A stretch of DNA of 63,990 bases, the filler included, from Rhizaria sp. SCN 62-66 (lineage: Eukaryota): assembly GCA_001724265.1 (NCBI GenBank). It is 4 parts of 4 records of this genome, joined end to end, with 100 filler letters (N's around TTAATTAATTAA, not from the genome) between each part and the next. Parts side by side here need not be neighbours in the genome. Positions count along the whole stretch, not along the records: positions 1 to 25,866 come from MEDY01000495.1; 3 more parts are not named here. One strand, 5' to 3'. This document shows positions 12,401-24,080 of the stretch, one piece after another. The notes below the pieces were generated by a model. It was not told where the DNA came from. It did not search any database and saw only the letters and a program-made list of their open reading frames with translations. The position numbers and the translations under genes are program-made. Positions within the stretch are counted from its first letter, which is position 1; the number at the start of each line of letters is the position of its first letter.

Positions 12401-15346
12401 GTCCGCCACCAGCGCCATCGACGAAAGCCGCAGCGGCGGGTGCGCGGCGGCGGCGACGGCGGCGGCCGAGCCGGGGCCCGCATGCTCGGGCGCGCCCACA
12501 GCGACGGCGGCCGAGCCCGCGGAAGATTGCGTGAGCGACTGTGGCGAAGGCACCGCGAGCGCGCCCGCGGAGGAGGCCGATGAGCCGGAGAGCGAGACCG
12601 ACAGCGCACCGTGCGCGGGCGCCAGCGAGGCCATCTCCTCGCCCCCCGCGGCGCCCGCGAACAGGCCCTTGCCGGACGCCCGGCGCGGGCTCGCGCTCGG
12701 CGTGCTCACTGCGCTGCCACTGCCGTTGTTGCTGCCGGAGACGCTGGCCGCAGGGCCCACGCCCGCCGCGCCCGCGGGCAGCAGCAGCGAGACGGTGTTG
12801 CCGCCACTATTACCGCTGCCCGTGTCGCCCGCGCTGGCGCTGCCGCCACCATCCTTGGCCGCGGGCGCCGTGACCGTCACCGAGGGCGTGCCCGCGACGG
12901 CCGCGGCGCCCGGGGACGCCGAGTTGGCTGCGGACGAGGCCGCAGCGGTGCGCGACGAGGGCGACGGCGAGCGCGAGCGCGAGCGCAGGCCGAAGAGTCG
13001 GCGCCAGCCCGATCGCTTGGTGTTCTTGCTCGCGGCGGGCGCGGCGGCGTCTGCGTCGTGGTGCTCAGGCTCGGGCTCGTGTCCGTGCTCGTCGTCGCCC
13101 GCGCCCGCTGCGTGGTCCGCGCCGTCGACCGTGGAGCTCGACGCCGCCGTGTCAGTGTCGTCGCCCGCCGTCGCCACGGAGCTCCCGCGGTGCCCGCGCA
13201 CCGAGGCGCCGCTCGCGCCGTCGCCGTCGCCGCTCGTCGACACGCTCGCGCCGCCCGCGCCAGGCCCGTCGCCGTCGCCGGTCGTGTCGTTCGCCGCGGC
13301 GGCGGCGGCGGCGGCGGCCTCCGCGGCGGCCTCTGCCTCGGCGGCGGCCGCTGCGGCAATGGCAGCCGCGGCGGCGGCCTCTGCCTCCGCGGCCGCGGCG
13401 GCCTCTGCGACGGCGCGCGCGGCGTGCACTGCGGCCTTCTTGCGCCAGCGCCGCGCCGTGGTGATGCGGCGCACGCAGTCACGCTCCCAGCCGCGGCCGC
13501 GCGCGCCGCCGTCGCGGTCCGCCGCCGCCAGCAGCCCCTGCAGCTGCGCCTGCGCGCCGGCCTCCTCGCCTGCCACCGTCGCCGCCGCGCGCACGGCGGC
13601 CTCGGCGGCCGCGGCCTGCGCGTCGGCGTACGCGCCCAGGTCCGCGCCGAAGGAAAAACCCGACCGGACGCGCCCTGGCAGCGCCGTGAGCGCGCCCGCG
13701 CTGGCGCTCGAAGCGAAGCCCGCGCTGTGGCGGCTGCGGCCGAAGCGGGCGCCGGTCGAAAGAGAGAGCGCGCCCACGCTCGCGACCGTCGGCAGGTCGC
13801 CGCCGCTCTCGGAAATGTCGCCCAGCGCACCGCTGCCGCTGCTGCTGCTGTTGCTGCTGTTGCTGTTGCTGCTGGTGGCGTCGCTGGCGCTGCTACTGCT
13901 GCTGTCGAGCGGCGGCAGACTAACTGAGGTCACCAGCGCGCCGGGCACAGCGCCCTCTTCGGCCGCCGCAGCCTTGGCCGCAGCGGCGGCCTCTGCGGCG
14001 GCCATGAGCTCGGCTGCGGGCACTGGCGGCGCCTCGAAGGCGGCGCGGTACGCGGCCGCCGCGGCCTCGGTCGCCGCCGCCGCCGCGGCCACTGCGTCCT
14101 CGCCCTCGCCGCTCGCGCCCGCTAGCCCCGCCTCAGCGGCAGTACCAGTGGCAGCGGCAGCGGCAGCGGCGGCAGCGGCGAGAGCTAGCGAGTTGCGACG
14201 CGAGCTGGAGCGGCTCCGCAGGACCACCTGCACTGGCCGCGCCTTGCAGCCCGCGTCGCCGCCCGCGGCGGAGCCCACGCCCGTGCCGCCCGCCGCGCCC
14301 GCGCCCGAGGCCGAGCCGGAGCCCGAGCCGGAGCCCGAGCCGGCGCCGGCGCCAGCGGAGCCCGCGCCCGCAGCCGGGGACGCCGGCGCGGAGGCCGCTG
14401 TGGCGTACAGCCCGGCGCCTGCGGCCGCCGCGTCGCCGCCCGCGGCCGCCGCAGCGGTCGTTACGCTCAGCCACGGCCGCACCGGCTTCGCGGGGGTCGC
14501 GGCTGCGGCTGCGGCTGCGGCTGCGGCTGCCGCTGCGGCTGCGGCAGCCGCGGCTGCGGCATCCTGCGCCGAGGACTTCCAGAGAAAGCTGCGGCGCTTG
14601 AGCGCCGGGGAGGCCGCGGCGGCGACGGCGGCTTGCGCGGCGGTCTCGGCGGCGGCCATGGCGGCGGCGGAGCCGGGCGGCGGTGCGGTGAGCGTGGCCA
14701 TGGACAGGTTGTAACCGAGCAGCCCCTTGTGCATCTCGTCGTCGTCGACCTCGATGGCGCCCTCGGTGACGAGCAAGTGCGCCAGCGCGGGCAGCTGCTG
14801 CACCAGCACCATGCGCACCGCGATCAGCGAGTCGCGCGCGATGTCGCGCAGCAGCGGCAGCAGGCGCGCCGCCGTCGCCGATGGGCCCACCTCCTTGGCC
14901 GTCGCCAGCAGCCGCGACACGAAGACGAGCCGCCGGAAGTCGTCCGCAAACGGAATCTCGTCGCGCGCGTCCGCGGCCGCCGCGCTGGCCGCGTGCGGGG
15001 ACGCCGCGCCCGCCGCGCCGCCCGCCGCGCCAGCGCCGGTGCCGGCGGCGGAGGACGAGGACGACGGGGACGTGAGGGCCGAAGCCACGCCGCCGGGGCC
15101 TGCGCCGGCGCCCGCGGAGAGCCCGCCGGGGCCCGCGGGCGCGGGGGTGCCCGGGAGGTAGGCCGTGGCGGAGGCAGGGCGCGCGCGTGTGTAGAGGATG
15201 AAGCGTTCGAGCGCGGCAATGTGCTCGGGAATCGCCAGTTCTGCAGCGGTGCGGCCGCGGGCCAGAGAGCCCGGGGCGCCGCCGCCGCCGCCGCCACCGC
15301 CGCCGCCGGACGCCACGGGACTGGCGGCACCGCCGGAGCGCGACAT
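4000..15346 (-). CDS. Giant HEAT-repeat protein, PP4 regulatory subunit 1 (PP4R1)/PP2A-A-like, about 3780 aa, with two apparent 1-nt frameshifts near 10630 and 10240
   Basis: HEAT units LLPLLRDIARDSLIAVR, VLPVLVMLLADRCPQIR, FADDPVMQVR, LLPFFLRLCADPVWQVR, LCEDPARWV, WRERV, LLSDPVRRV and SEDANVEVR are spread over three successive frames (15346-10382, 10931-9990, 10227-4000) and separated by Ala-rich inserts. TAA stop. Confidence 0.7.
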
Positions 15347-16433
15347 GGGGACGCGGGGGAGCGCGAAACGCGCGGGTGAGCCGCGGAGCGGGGGTGAGCG
15401 CGCGCGCGGAGAGTGTTGTGGCGGGGGAAAAGAGCCGAAGTTGGGGTGGGCTCCGACAGAAGAAAAAAGAGTTGCTGCGCGGAAACAAACGAGGTAAAAG
15501 ATACAGAGAGAGTATACGTAATTTCGATGAGACGTGATTCGGTAGCAAAGTCATGTCAGTTGAAATATGCCTTTGTTTCGGTGATATGTGGACCCGAAAT
15601 GACGACAGCGTGACTCTAAGTCAGATGTGGGGATGTTTCCTGCGTCTCACAGGGGAACCAGGAAGTAGCCATAAGCATCCTAGGAGAATTATGCGATATA
15701 TGTGCATGACATAGAGTGGTGTTGCACCGTCCGGAGATCACACCGCACTCGCCCGGCCCGTGGACCCGCGCTTTTGTGCGTGAGGAGGCGTGAGGCGGGG
15801 CGGCGTTGAGTCCCCACAATTGAGGGTAAATATCTTCCAAGACGTTTAATTTATAGGCCCAAACCACACACCCGCAAATATTTCTGCCCACGTTCTCACT
15901 AATAAAACTGTTATATCGAGCCAGACGTAGAGCGAAGGTGGGCTTGAACGTTGATTAGTCCGTATTTCGACAAGTCGAGTGAGACTGAGTGAGTGAAGGT
16001 AGTGTCGGTCGGCCAAGTTCGTAAAAATGTCACCCGAATTCTACTTTCGACGGCTGGCAGTGTGTTGGAGGGCCCACGTAGCAATATTGTCTCCACGTTC
16101 TCTGCCTTAACTGCTCGTCGGCTCGATTTCGGAACGTGATATCAGCACAGAAACAGAGGCTTTGTAATAGAATATCGTGCATATGTGACCTGTGACGATG
16201 AGATAACTCTGTGGTATTCGTCGCAAAAACGAGGGGGTTGTTGCGGTCAACGCAGAGCCGTAGTCTCCTTACTAGCGTGCGCCGAGCTCGTCCTGGCCTC
16301 ATGCTCTAAGTACGATATAGTATGCTGCCCATTGTTGCCATACTTTCTCACATTCCTCTCTGTGGTGCCGTCCTACGCCCTCTTTTTCATCTCCCTGCAA
16401 CTTCTTTGCCCCTCGGTCAGTCCCTTTCTCCGT

Positions 16434-19400
16434 ATGAGCAACCGCGTCCAGCCGCCCGCCGAGGTCGAGCCGCCTCCTCCACCTTCGGCTCCTCCCCTGG
16501 GCTACTACGACTCCGTGCCCTTGCCCGCCGCGCCCCCGCGCAAGCCCAAGCGCGACCACACGACGCGCCGGCGCGTCCTTTACGGCGTCGGGCTCTTCTT
16601 CCTCAGCTGCGTCGTCGTGCTCTGGGTCTCGTCCTCGGTGCTCGTGCAGTCGATCGTCGAGGAGTTCGACCGCCCCACGATGCTCACGCTTATCGCCACT
16701 TCCACCTTCTCCTGCTACCTTGTCGTCTACCAGATCCAACAGTGCTGCATCCGCCGGCGCAAGGCGCGCAAGCTCGCCAAGCTCGCCGCGCGCTTCAACG
16801 CCACCGTCGGCGCCGACGGCAACGCCGGGCTCGCCGCGCTTTCAGGCAACGGCGGCGGCAACGGCGGCGCCGCGCTGAGCAGCTCGAGCAGCTCCGACTA
16901 CGAGGACGAGGAGGAGGAGGAGCCGGAGATGTCTGTGCGCGCGCACGCCAAGGCGGCGATGCTGCTCGCGCCCATGTGGTTCGGCATGAACTACCTCTTC
17001 AACGTCGCGCTGGGGCTCACCTCGGTGGCCTCGAACACGATCCTGTGCACCACCTCGGGCCTCTGGGTGATCCTTATCTCTGTGTGCTTCCTCGGCGCGA
17101 AGCTGCGGCTGATGCCCACGCTGGCCATCCTGTGCACGCTCGGCGGCGCCATCCTCGTGGCTTTCAACACGCCACCGCCGCCCGCCGACGCGGGGCCCGG
17201 CGCCAAGCACTCGTACACGGGCGACCTGCTCTCGCTCGCCTCGGCCGTCATCTACGCTTTCTACTCGCTTATCATGGAGACGCTGCTGGGCGAGGCCGAG
17301 CCGCCCGCGCCGTCGCCCTCGGCCGCCGCCGACGCCGCCATCGATGCCGCGCTGGCCGCGGCTGCCGCCGCCGCGGGTTACGGCGGCACGCGCTCGCGCC
17401 AGGGCTCGATCACGCGGCTCTCCTCGCGCTCGCGCATGGGTTCGCTCTCGCGCCCCGGCTCGCTGACCGACATGCGCTCTTCGTCGCTGCTCACGGCGGC
17501 CGCGGCGGCGGGCCCCGACCTCATCATCGCGGGCGTCGCCGTCACGGTCTCGGCGCCGCTCGCGCCCGCTGTGCTGGCGCCGTCGACGGGGCTGGGCAAC
17601 CTGGCCTTTGACTCGCACGGGGCCCTCTTCCCCGAGGGGCTTGTCACGCCGCCGCCGCCACCCGGCGTGCCCAGCGAGACCACCATCTCGCTGCTCGGAC
17701 CGCCGCTTATCATCGCCAACGCCGCCGACGCCATGGGACTCGGCGCACAGGACCGCGACCACGACGGCGCCCTTCTGGACGGCGACGCCGCGGGTGCCTC
17801 AGCCACCGCGGCCGCGCTCGCGCGCACCACCCCGCCTCCCTCGCTCGCTGGCTCTGCGGCTTTGACTGTAGGCGGCGGCGGCGGCGGCGCGTCGTCGTCC
17901 CTCGCCGCCGCGGCGGGCTCACCTGGGCGCAAGGCCGGCAGCCAGGCGTTGATGGCGTCGCCGCCGTCGTCGTACGGCTCCTTCGGTCACAGCGATCGCG
18001 ATCGTGACGGCGCCTCGCTCGCGGCCGCCGCGTCGACGCTGCCGCCCAGCTCCAGCGCCGGCGCCGCGTCCTCGCTGGGCGGGCTGGCCGCGCCGCCCTC
18101 GGTCTCCCTGGCCTCGGTGCCGCGCCTCGCGGGCCCCCGGTCGGCGAGACCCTACGGCGGCGCTGACGGCGAGGCCGACGGCGAGGGTGCCGGCTGCGGC
18201 GACGAGGCCGAGGCCGACCTCCTCGGCGGCGGCGGCAGCAGCGGCAGCGGCGTCTGCGGCGGCAAGCGCGATCCCGCTGCGCCCGGGTGCTGCGCGGGCG
18301 GCTTCGGAGCCTGGTTTAAGCGGCTGATGACGCGCGCGCCGGGGCGCGTGAACATGTTCCTCGTCTTCGGCTTTCTGGGCGTGTTCAACATGGCCATCGC
18401 GCTGCCGCTGGTCATCGCATTTCACCTCTCGGGCCACGAGGTGCTCTTCATGCCGTCCAAGCGCACGATCCTGCTCATGGTGCTCAACGGCACCGTCGGC
18501 ACCACGCTGTCGGACTTTATGTGGGCGCAGGGCCTGCTGCTGACGTCGCCGCTTGTAGCCACGGTCTCGCTCACGCTCACCATTCCCGTCGCCATGACGT
18601 CGGACTGGTTCCTCCACGACACGCACTTCAACTACCTCTACTTCTGCGGCGCGTTGGGCGTCGTCGTCGGCTTTGTGCTCGTGAACATCAAGACTGAGCC
18701 CGCCGCCTCGGTGCCCGCCATCCCCGTCGTCGTCGACAAGCTCACCGGTGAGATCACGGTCCAGCTGCCCCACGAGTACCTGCACCGGGCGCAGTCGCTC
18801 GCACAGCAGGCGCACGCCGCGCACCACGGCTCCAGCGGCGGCGTCGGCGGGTCCATGGTGCAGCACCGCGAGGCGCGGGCGGGGTCCGCCACCAACACTG
18901 CTGCCTCAGCCGTGGCCTCTGCCGCCGCGCACGCCGCGCTTGCCGCCGCCCACAGCTCTGCGCATGACGCCCAGGCCGCCGCCGCCGCCGCCGCCGCCGC
19001 TGCTGCTGCCGCTGCGACGATGCGTCACCGTGCGACCGCGACGCGCAAGGGCGGGTACCAGCAGTTCGCGACCGACGACGAGGACGACGACGAGGCCGGC
19101 GCAGGCTACGGCGGCTACGGCGACGACGAGGCCGACGGCGCGCGCTACCAGCTCGACGATGACGACGACGATGACGACGACGGCGGGCGCAATGGGAAGC
19201 TTAGCGGCAGCTACAGTTCCGTGGGCGGCATCGGGCTCGGTAAAGGCGCGCGCGCGCGCGTGACGCCGAGCATCGCGATCACGAGCGCGGGCGCGGCGGC
19301 GGCGCAGGCACAGGCCGCCAAGCCGCTGCAGACGCCATCGCAGGCGCAGGCGCAGGCGAGCGCGGCGGCGGCGCAGGCCGGCACGCTGAGCACGGGCGAC

Positions 19401-19496
19401 TTGGAGGCCGCAGACGCGGGGCTGCTGCGCTCCTACAGCAACGCCAACCTCGATCATGGTCCTAGATCCGCCAACAGCGCAGCGCCCAGCATGTAA
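16434..19496 (+). CDS. SLC35F5/Thi74-like drug-metabolite (EamA/DMT) transporter with large cytoplasmic insertions
   Basis: About 10 hydrophobic segments; motifs LWVSSS, FDRPTMLT, WFGMNYLFN..LGLTSVASNTIL.TTSG, GDLLSLASAVIYAFYS, GTTLSDFMW..LLTSPLVATVSLTLTIP. ATG at 16434 follows a pyrimidine-rich leader. TAA stop. Confidence 0.88.
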   Translation: MSNRVQPPAEVEPPPPPSAPPLGYYDSVPLPAAPPRKPKRDHTTRRRVLYGVGLFFLSCVVVLWVSSSVLVQSIVEEFDRPTMLTLIATSTFSCYLVVYQIQQCCIRRRKARKLAKLAARFNATVGADGNAGLAALSGNGGGNGGAALSSSSSSDYEDEEEEEPEMSVRAHAKAAMLLAPMWFGMNYLFNVALGLTSVASNTILCTTSGLWVILISVCFLGAKLRLMPTLAILCTLGGAILVAFNTPPPPADAGPGAKHSYTGDLLSLASAVIYAFYSLIMETLLGEAEPPAPSPSAAADAAIDAALAAAAAAAGYGGTRSRQGSITRLSSRSRMGSLSRPGSLTDMRSSSLLTAAAAAGPDLIIAGVAVTVSAPLAPAVLAPSTGLGNLAFDSHGALFPEGLVTPPPPPGVPSETTISLLGPPLIIANAADAMGLGAQDRDHDGALLDGDAAGASATAAALARTTPPPSLAGSAALTVGGGGGGASSSLAAAAGSPGRKAGSQALMASPPSSYGSFGHSDRDRDGASLAAAASTLPPSSSAGAASSLGGLAAPPSVSLASVPRLAGPRSARPYGGADGEADGEGAGCGDEAEADLLGGGGSSGSGVCGGKRDPAAPGCCAGGFGAWFKRLMTRAPGRVNMFLVFGFLGVFNMAIALPLVIAFHLSGHEVLFMPSKRTILLMVLNGTVGTTLSDFMWAQGLLLTSPLVATVSLTLTIPVAMTSDWFLHDTHFNYLYFCGALGVVVGFVLVNIKTEPAASVPAIPVVVDKLTGEITVQLPHEYLHRAQSLAQQAHAAHHGSSGGVGGSMVQHREARAGSATNTAASAVASAAAHAALAAAHSSAHDAQAAAAAAAAAAAAAATMRHRATATRKGGYQQFATDDEDDDEAGAGYGGYGDDEADGARYQLDDDDDDDDDGGRNGKLSGSYSSVGGIGLGKGARARVTPSIAITSAGAAAAQAQAAKPLQTPSQAQAQASAAAAQAGTLSTGDLEAADAGLLRSYSNANLDHGPRSANSAAPSM

Positions 19497-20578
19497 GCTT
19501 GCCGCGCGCGCTGTGCTAATACGGCCGCGCTCACTTCGACTGGCTGAGCGCGCGATCGATCGCTTGGTTTCAACTCACGGTCACATTTTGACCGTTGTAC
19601 ACACAGTTAGACTCAACAGTCTTTTTGTTTTTATTCTCTTTTATCTTTCACTACCACTACCCCCACCCACGTACTAGTGCGCTCCCTGCGCATTCCGCAC
19701 GGCCGAACCCAGCCTCCTCTCTCGCGCTCGGCTCGCACAGTCTGTTGAGAGGGCTGGCTGTCCACGACGTTGCTGTGCAACACGAATCACGTTGGATTTT
19801 TGTTCTTTTTCGCGTTGCTTTTCCTTGTTAATCGTTTCTTTATAGTTTGTTCACTTTGATTGCCTGTGAATACTTCTTTCATTTTCTTCGTTTGGCGTTT
19901 TCCGACAAATGCCTGCTCGTTTGCTTGTTCGTTTCTTTTTATGTTTTGTTTATTAACTGTCCCTTCTGTTTATTGCTTCCCGTTGACCGCTGCTCGCAGT
20001 CCCCCGACTCCGGCTCTGCTTTGCGTCTCGCCGCCGCCGCCGCCGCTGCCTTCCTTGTTGCTGTCTGCCGCTGCCGGTGCTGCTGTAGCTGTTGCTGCGC
20101 GCCCCTCCGCGTCTCCTCCCACAATCATCCCACCGTTTTCCTCCAATCAACCCTCCATGCCCTGCGCTTTCACACAGCGACACACACACACACCCAGACA
20201 CCGCACGCCTCACTGCCCTGCGCGGCCGTCGGGCATACCATCGTTCGTATGTCCCGTGCCGCACTGCACCGCAGTGTGTCTCCCTGTCTGTGTCTGCGTA
20301 TTTGTGTCCGTAGCGCAGTGTGCTGCCTTCGCCTGCACGTGCTCTATTTTCTATTGTGCGCGGGCGTTTGGCGCACACTGGTGCCGCACTGCTGCTCTGC
20401 TTATTTATGTTGTTGTCAACGTAGTCGTTGTTGCTGCTGTATCGTCCGTCCGCTGACATTGTGTCGTCAGTGTGTTACCAGTGTATTGTCAGTGCATTGC
20501 CAGCACACCGCGCCGGCCGGGACCGGGGTCCGTCCCCAGCCTCTCCCGCCTCGCTTACCCAGGCACCCGCACCGTCCC

Positions 20579-20617
20579 ACACACGCACACACACACACAC
20601 ACACACGCACACACGCA
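20579..20617. repeat. Imperfect (CA)n microsatellite in the region between two convergent genes
   Basis: acacacgcacacacacacacacacacacgcacacacgca. Confidence 0.8.
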
Positions 20618-21080
20618 GTCCAACGGCAAACAACGACGCCGCTGTCACTGCACACACACAGCACACGCATAGCGCGCGCACAGCGCCACCCGCAACAACA
20701 GCATCGCGACGCGGCGGCGATCTGTGTGCGACAGAGAGACATTGACTGCGGCTGCGCTGTGTCGCGACTGCAGCACGCGCGTCAAACGTTCTATCAGGGG
20801 TTGGGGTGTGCGGGAGAGAGAGGCGCGGAGGCGTGCACTCGGCAAAGCAGGGCGATGCAGCGCGGCGTGACACGCCAGCTGCGAGGCCCATTGCTGTCAT
20901 ATTATCTAGAAAATACACATATCACTAACTATTATGTCTACATTGAGCTGTTCTTTCTCGTATCCGTATCACGATTGCTAATGTATCAAGAGTTATCATT
21001 GTATTTTCTGGCCCGGAGTCGGCCCATCATTGCGAGCTTAAAACACTTATTCATTGCTGCGAATAAAAGCGACACAATAT

Positions 21081-21918
21081 TCAAGCCGCACTCTCCTTCG
21101 CGTCCGTCTTAGCAGCATTGCCGTCGTCACTGTTGCCGTCGCCGTCGCCGTCGCTGTCACTGTCGGCCATGTTCAGCGCCCCCGCCCGCGCGCGCTCCTC
21201 GGCATCGCGCGCCTGCAGCTCCTCCGCTCGCGCGCGCTCGAGCGCTTGGGCCTCGGCGCGCGCCTCAAGCCGCAGCAGCCGCTCGTCGTCCTCGTCGCGG
21301 AAGCCGTAGTACTCGGCGTCGGCGACCTTGGCCAGCTCGCCGCGCTTGCGCCTCGGCGCCTCAGCCTCGCGCCGCTCGAAGAGCTCGCGCACGCCGGGTA
21401 GGTCCTTAGCGGCGCCGAAGTACAGGTAGCCCTCGGTGCCCAGCGCGCGCCGGCCGTCCTGGTCCACCACGCGCGCGGCGGCGCCCGCGGCGGCGTGGTC
21501 GGGCCCGCCGAGCGCGCGGATCTGCGCCTCCCAATGCGTCTTCTCGCGGAGGCGCTTGTTGATGGCGTCGTTGAGGTCGCGGATTCGGAACTCGCCCAGC
21601 CCGGCGTTCTGGATCGCAGCCACGTCGCGGGAGATCTCGCGGATCACCTGCCGCCGCCAGCGCTCGCACTCGTCCACGTCGGTGCACTCCGAGGCCAGGT
21701 GCGGGCGCCGCTGCGACGCCGCCGGGTTCGCCTTCTCCTCCTGGTTCTTCAGGAAGAGGTTCAGCAAGTCTGTAAGCGTACAAGGGGAATCGCACAATAT
21801 TGAGTCAAAACAGGAGTGGATTCGAAGTGAGCGGTGTTTTAGTGTCAGAGGATGGATATCATTGCGTGGTTTCGTTCGGTGGCGACGTACTGTTAGCCTT
21901 TTCTTGGTTACGGGCCAT
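21081..21918 (-). CDS. ISY1: Pre-mRNA splicing factor ISY1; exons 21918-21891 and 21769-21081
   Basis: MARNQEKAN start, GTACGT...TACAG intron, then RRPHLASEC...CERWRRQVIREIS...IQNAGLGEFRIRDLNDAINKRLREKTHWE..I..LGGP..GYLYFGAAKDLPGVRELF. TGA stop. Confidence 0.96.
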
Positions 21919-22672
21919 TGACCTTGCTGCGAGGTGCGAAGTTGGGTGGGCGCAACACGGGTGTACAGAAAGAAGAACGAGGAAATTACAAAATTGTTAA
22001 GTGATTAAGAAAATAAAAAGTGATATTAATACACAAGAGCGTCATGATGTGTTATAAAACCGTATTTGGAGAGCTGGGTATGAGTCCGAATGTTGTTGTC
22101 CGTTGAGGCAGAGGTAGACCAGCAGTGCTAGGAAAAGTCGAACAAAAAAGAGGATAGTTTGCGCGACAGGAATCGTCGAAGAAACGTGTTCAAAGAAATC
22201 CGAATAATATATCACGGTTTCAATTCGGTCATCTTTTTAGACAATATGACTTGGTCAGGTTCGAAAGTTACATGCGATATTCGATGGCCCACTTTGACTT
22301 CGGTTCTGCTGTGTGGCCGGCTGCATGTTGGATCTGTGGTCTAGGTTTCTTTTCATGTACCACACTTTAGGAAACGACGATGTATTAGTATGCTTGCCGT
22401 TGTACCGTATATGCGACTGTGTAGAATCCAGATATCGTGCCAAACGCTCTCCAGACCTCGTAAAATCATGTCTATATCTCGAAATTACTTTGTCCTATCA
22501 CGTACTCGAGTCTAGACCCACCTATCTCCGACGACATATATCTCACGTATACTAAAAGCGATTGAAACAAAACTTACAAATCAACAACCAAACTGTGTTA
22601 TGTATCTGTTTTCTATAGGTTTAGCTTTAACCGCGTTTGTTTACCTCTTCCGAGCCAGAACATCCTTGACCA

Positions 22673-23587
22673 ATGCTGTCGCAGCTGCGCTTCACCGCCC
22701 GCGGCGCCCACGTACTGCGCCCCACGCTGCGCCCGCTGCTCCCCTTCTCCTCGCCTCTGCTTACGGCCCCCGCGCGACGCTACTACCCTGCCGAGCTGGC
22801 TGACATTGGCGGCGACACCCGGCCCCGTCGCAGCTCCAACAGCAACAGCAGAGGCTACCACACTGTGGGCATGGGCCTCGACATGGCCGGCGACTATGGC
22901 CACAGCTACGGCCACGGCCACGGCGGCGACAGCGGCGGCGCGCCGAGGTGGCGCGCGACGACGATCCTGGCGGTGCGCAAGGCGGGCCGCGTGGTGGTCA
23001 TCGGCGACGGCCAGGTCTCGCTGGGTGCGAGCGTGGTCAAGCCCAACGCGCGCAAGGTGCGCCGCATCGGCGGCGGCGCCGTTGTCGTTGGCTTCGCGGG
23101 CGCCACGGCCGACGCGTTCACGCTACTGGAGCGGCTCGAGGCCAAGGTCGATGAGTTCCCCGGCCAGTTACTGCGCGCGGGCGTTGAGACGGCGAAGCTG
23201 TGGCGCACGGACAAGTACCTCAAGCACCTGGAGGCGATGCTCATCGCGGCCGACGAACACGTGTCGATCTGTCTCACGGGCAACGGCGACGTTATCGAGC
23301 CGCACGACGGGCTGCTTGCCATCGGCTCGGGCGGCAACTACGCGCTTGCCGCGGCGCGCGCGCTGGTGGACGTGCCGGGGCAGGACGCGCTGGCGATCGC
23401 GCGCAAGGCCATGGGCGTCGCGGCCGACATGTGCGTCTACACCAACCACAACTGGGTCATCGAGGAGATCGAGATCACGGCCAAGGCCCGGGGCGAGAGC
23501 GAGGAGGCCGCCAAGGAGGGCGACGTGCTGAGCAAGGGCGGCGCCGAGGGCGCTAGCAAGGACGGCGGCGCGGCCGAGAACAAGTGA
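22673..23587 (+). CDS. hslV: Mitochondrial ATP-dependent protease subunit HslV (ClpQ) with about 95-aa presequence
   Basis: Mature N-terminus TTILAVRK (Thr at 22958), [44 protein letters not shown]. Arg/Leu/Ser-rich N-terminal leader. TGA stop. Confidence 0.96.
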   Translation: MLSQLRFTARGAHVLRPTLRPLLPFSSPLLTAPARRYYPAELADIGGDTRPRRSSNSNSRGYHTVGMGLDMAGDYGHSYGHGHGGDSGGAPRWRATTILAVRKAGRVVVIGDGQVSLGASVVKPNARKVRRIGGGAVVVGFAGATADAFTLLERLEAKVDEFPGQLLRAGVETAKLWRTDKYLKHLEAMLIAADEHVSICLTGNGDVIEPHDGLLAIGSGGNYALAAARALVDVPGQDALAIARKAMGVAADMCVYTNHNWVIEEIEITAKARGESEEAAKEGDVLSKGGAEGASKDGGAAENK

Positions 23588-24080
23588 GCGCACAGTGAGG
23601 TGTTCAAGTTGCGATGATACGGGCCAGTCGTTTTAAGTAAGGCTCAGCGAGTGATAGTGGCAATGTTTAAGTCAAATACACAAGTATATCAATAGAGATG
23701 AAGTAGTGCAGTGTAGTTGTTAGTTACTCACAAAAAATAAGAACGTGCGCAGATATAGCTGCATGTGAAGTTGCTTTGTCACATAATATCCTTTATGTGG
23801 TGGGCTGTGATCAAAGCAAGGTGTTTGAAAATTGTTATTTTCAAGATCGCACAACTCATTGATATTTCCGTTAGGCAAGATTTCCGCCAAGTGTGACATT
23901 AAACACTGTGACTTGCACATGATCTCTTTATTATTCACTCTAACACTCACGTCAACACTCAATATCTCAATCCCCCAACAGTGGTAGCCAAGAAGGCAAT
24001 TTGGTCACGTTTCTCTGACACACCCATTGCCAAAAGCCGGAACCCCGCACTCACGCTCTCTGTGAGCCCACCACACGCCG

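Noticed and set aside
6164-14714. Long plus-strand ORFs (6164-7855, 8803-11106, 12231-14714)
   Set aside because: Antisense shadows of the GC-rich, Ala-rich HEAT gene; no independent motifs.
16185-16433. N-terminal extension of the SLC35F ORF from GTG 16185
   Set aside because: Non-ATG start and UTR-like pyrimidine-rich sequence; the coding-style bias begins at ATG 16434.
19847-21112. 421-aa Cys/His-rich ORF
   Set aside because: Translation of T-rich and CA-repeat UTR-like sequence with a non-ATG start and atypical codon use.
22673-23587. hslV/hslU as bacterial contamination or an operon
   Set aside because: Both have presequence-like leaders and host codon style, and sit among eukaryotic genes on different contigs.
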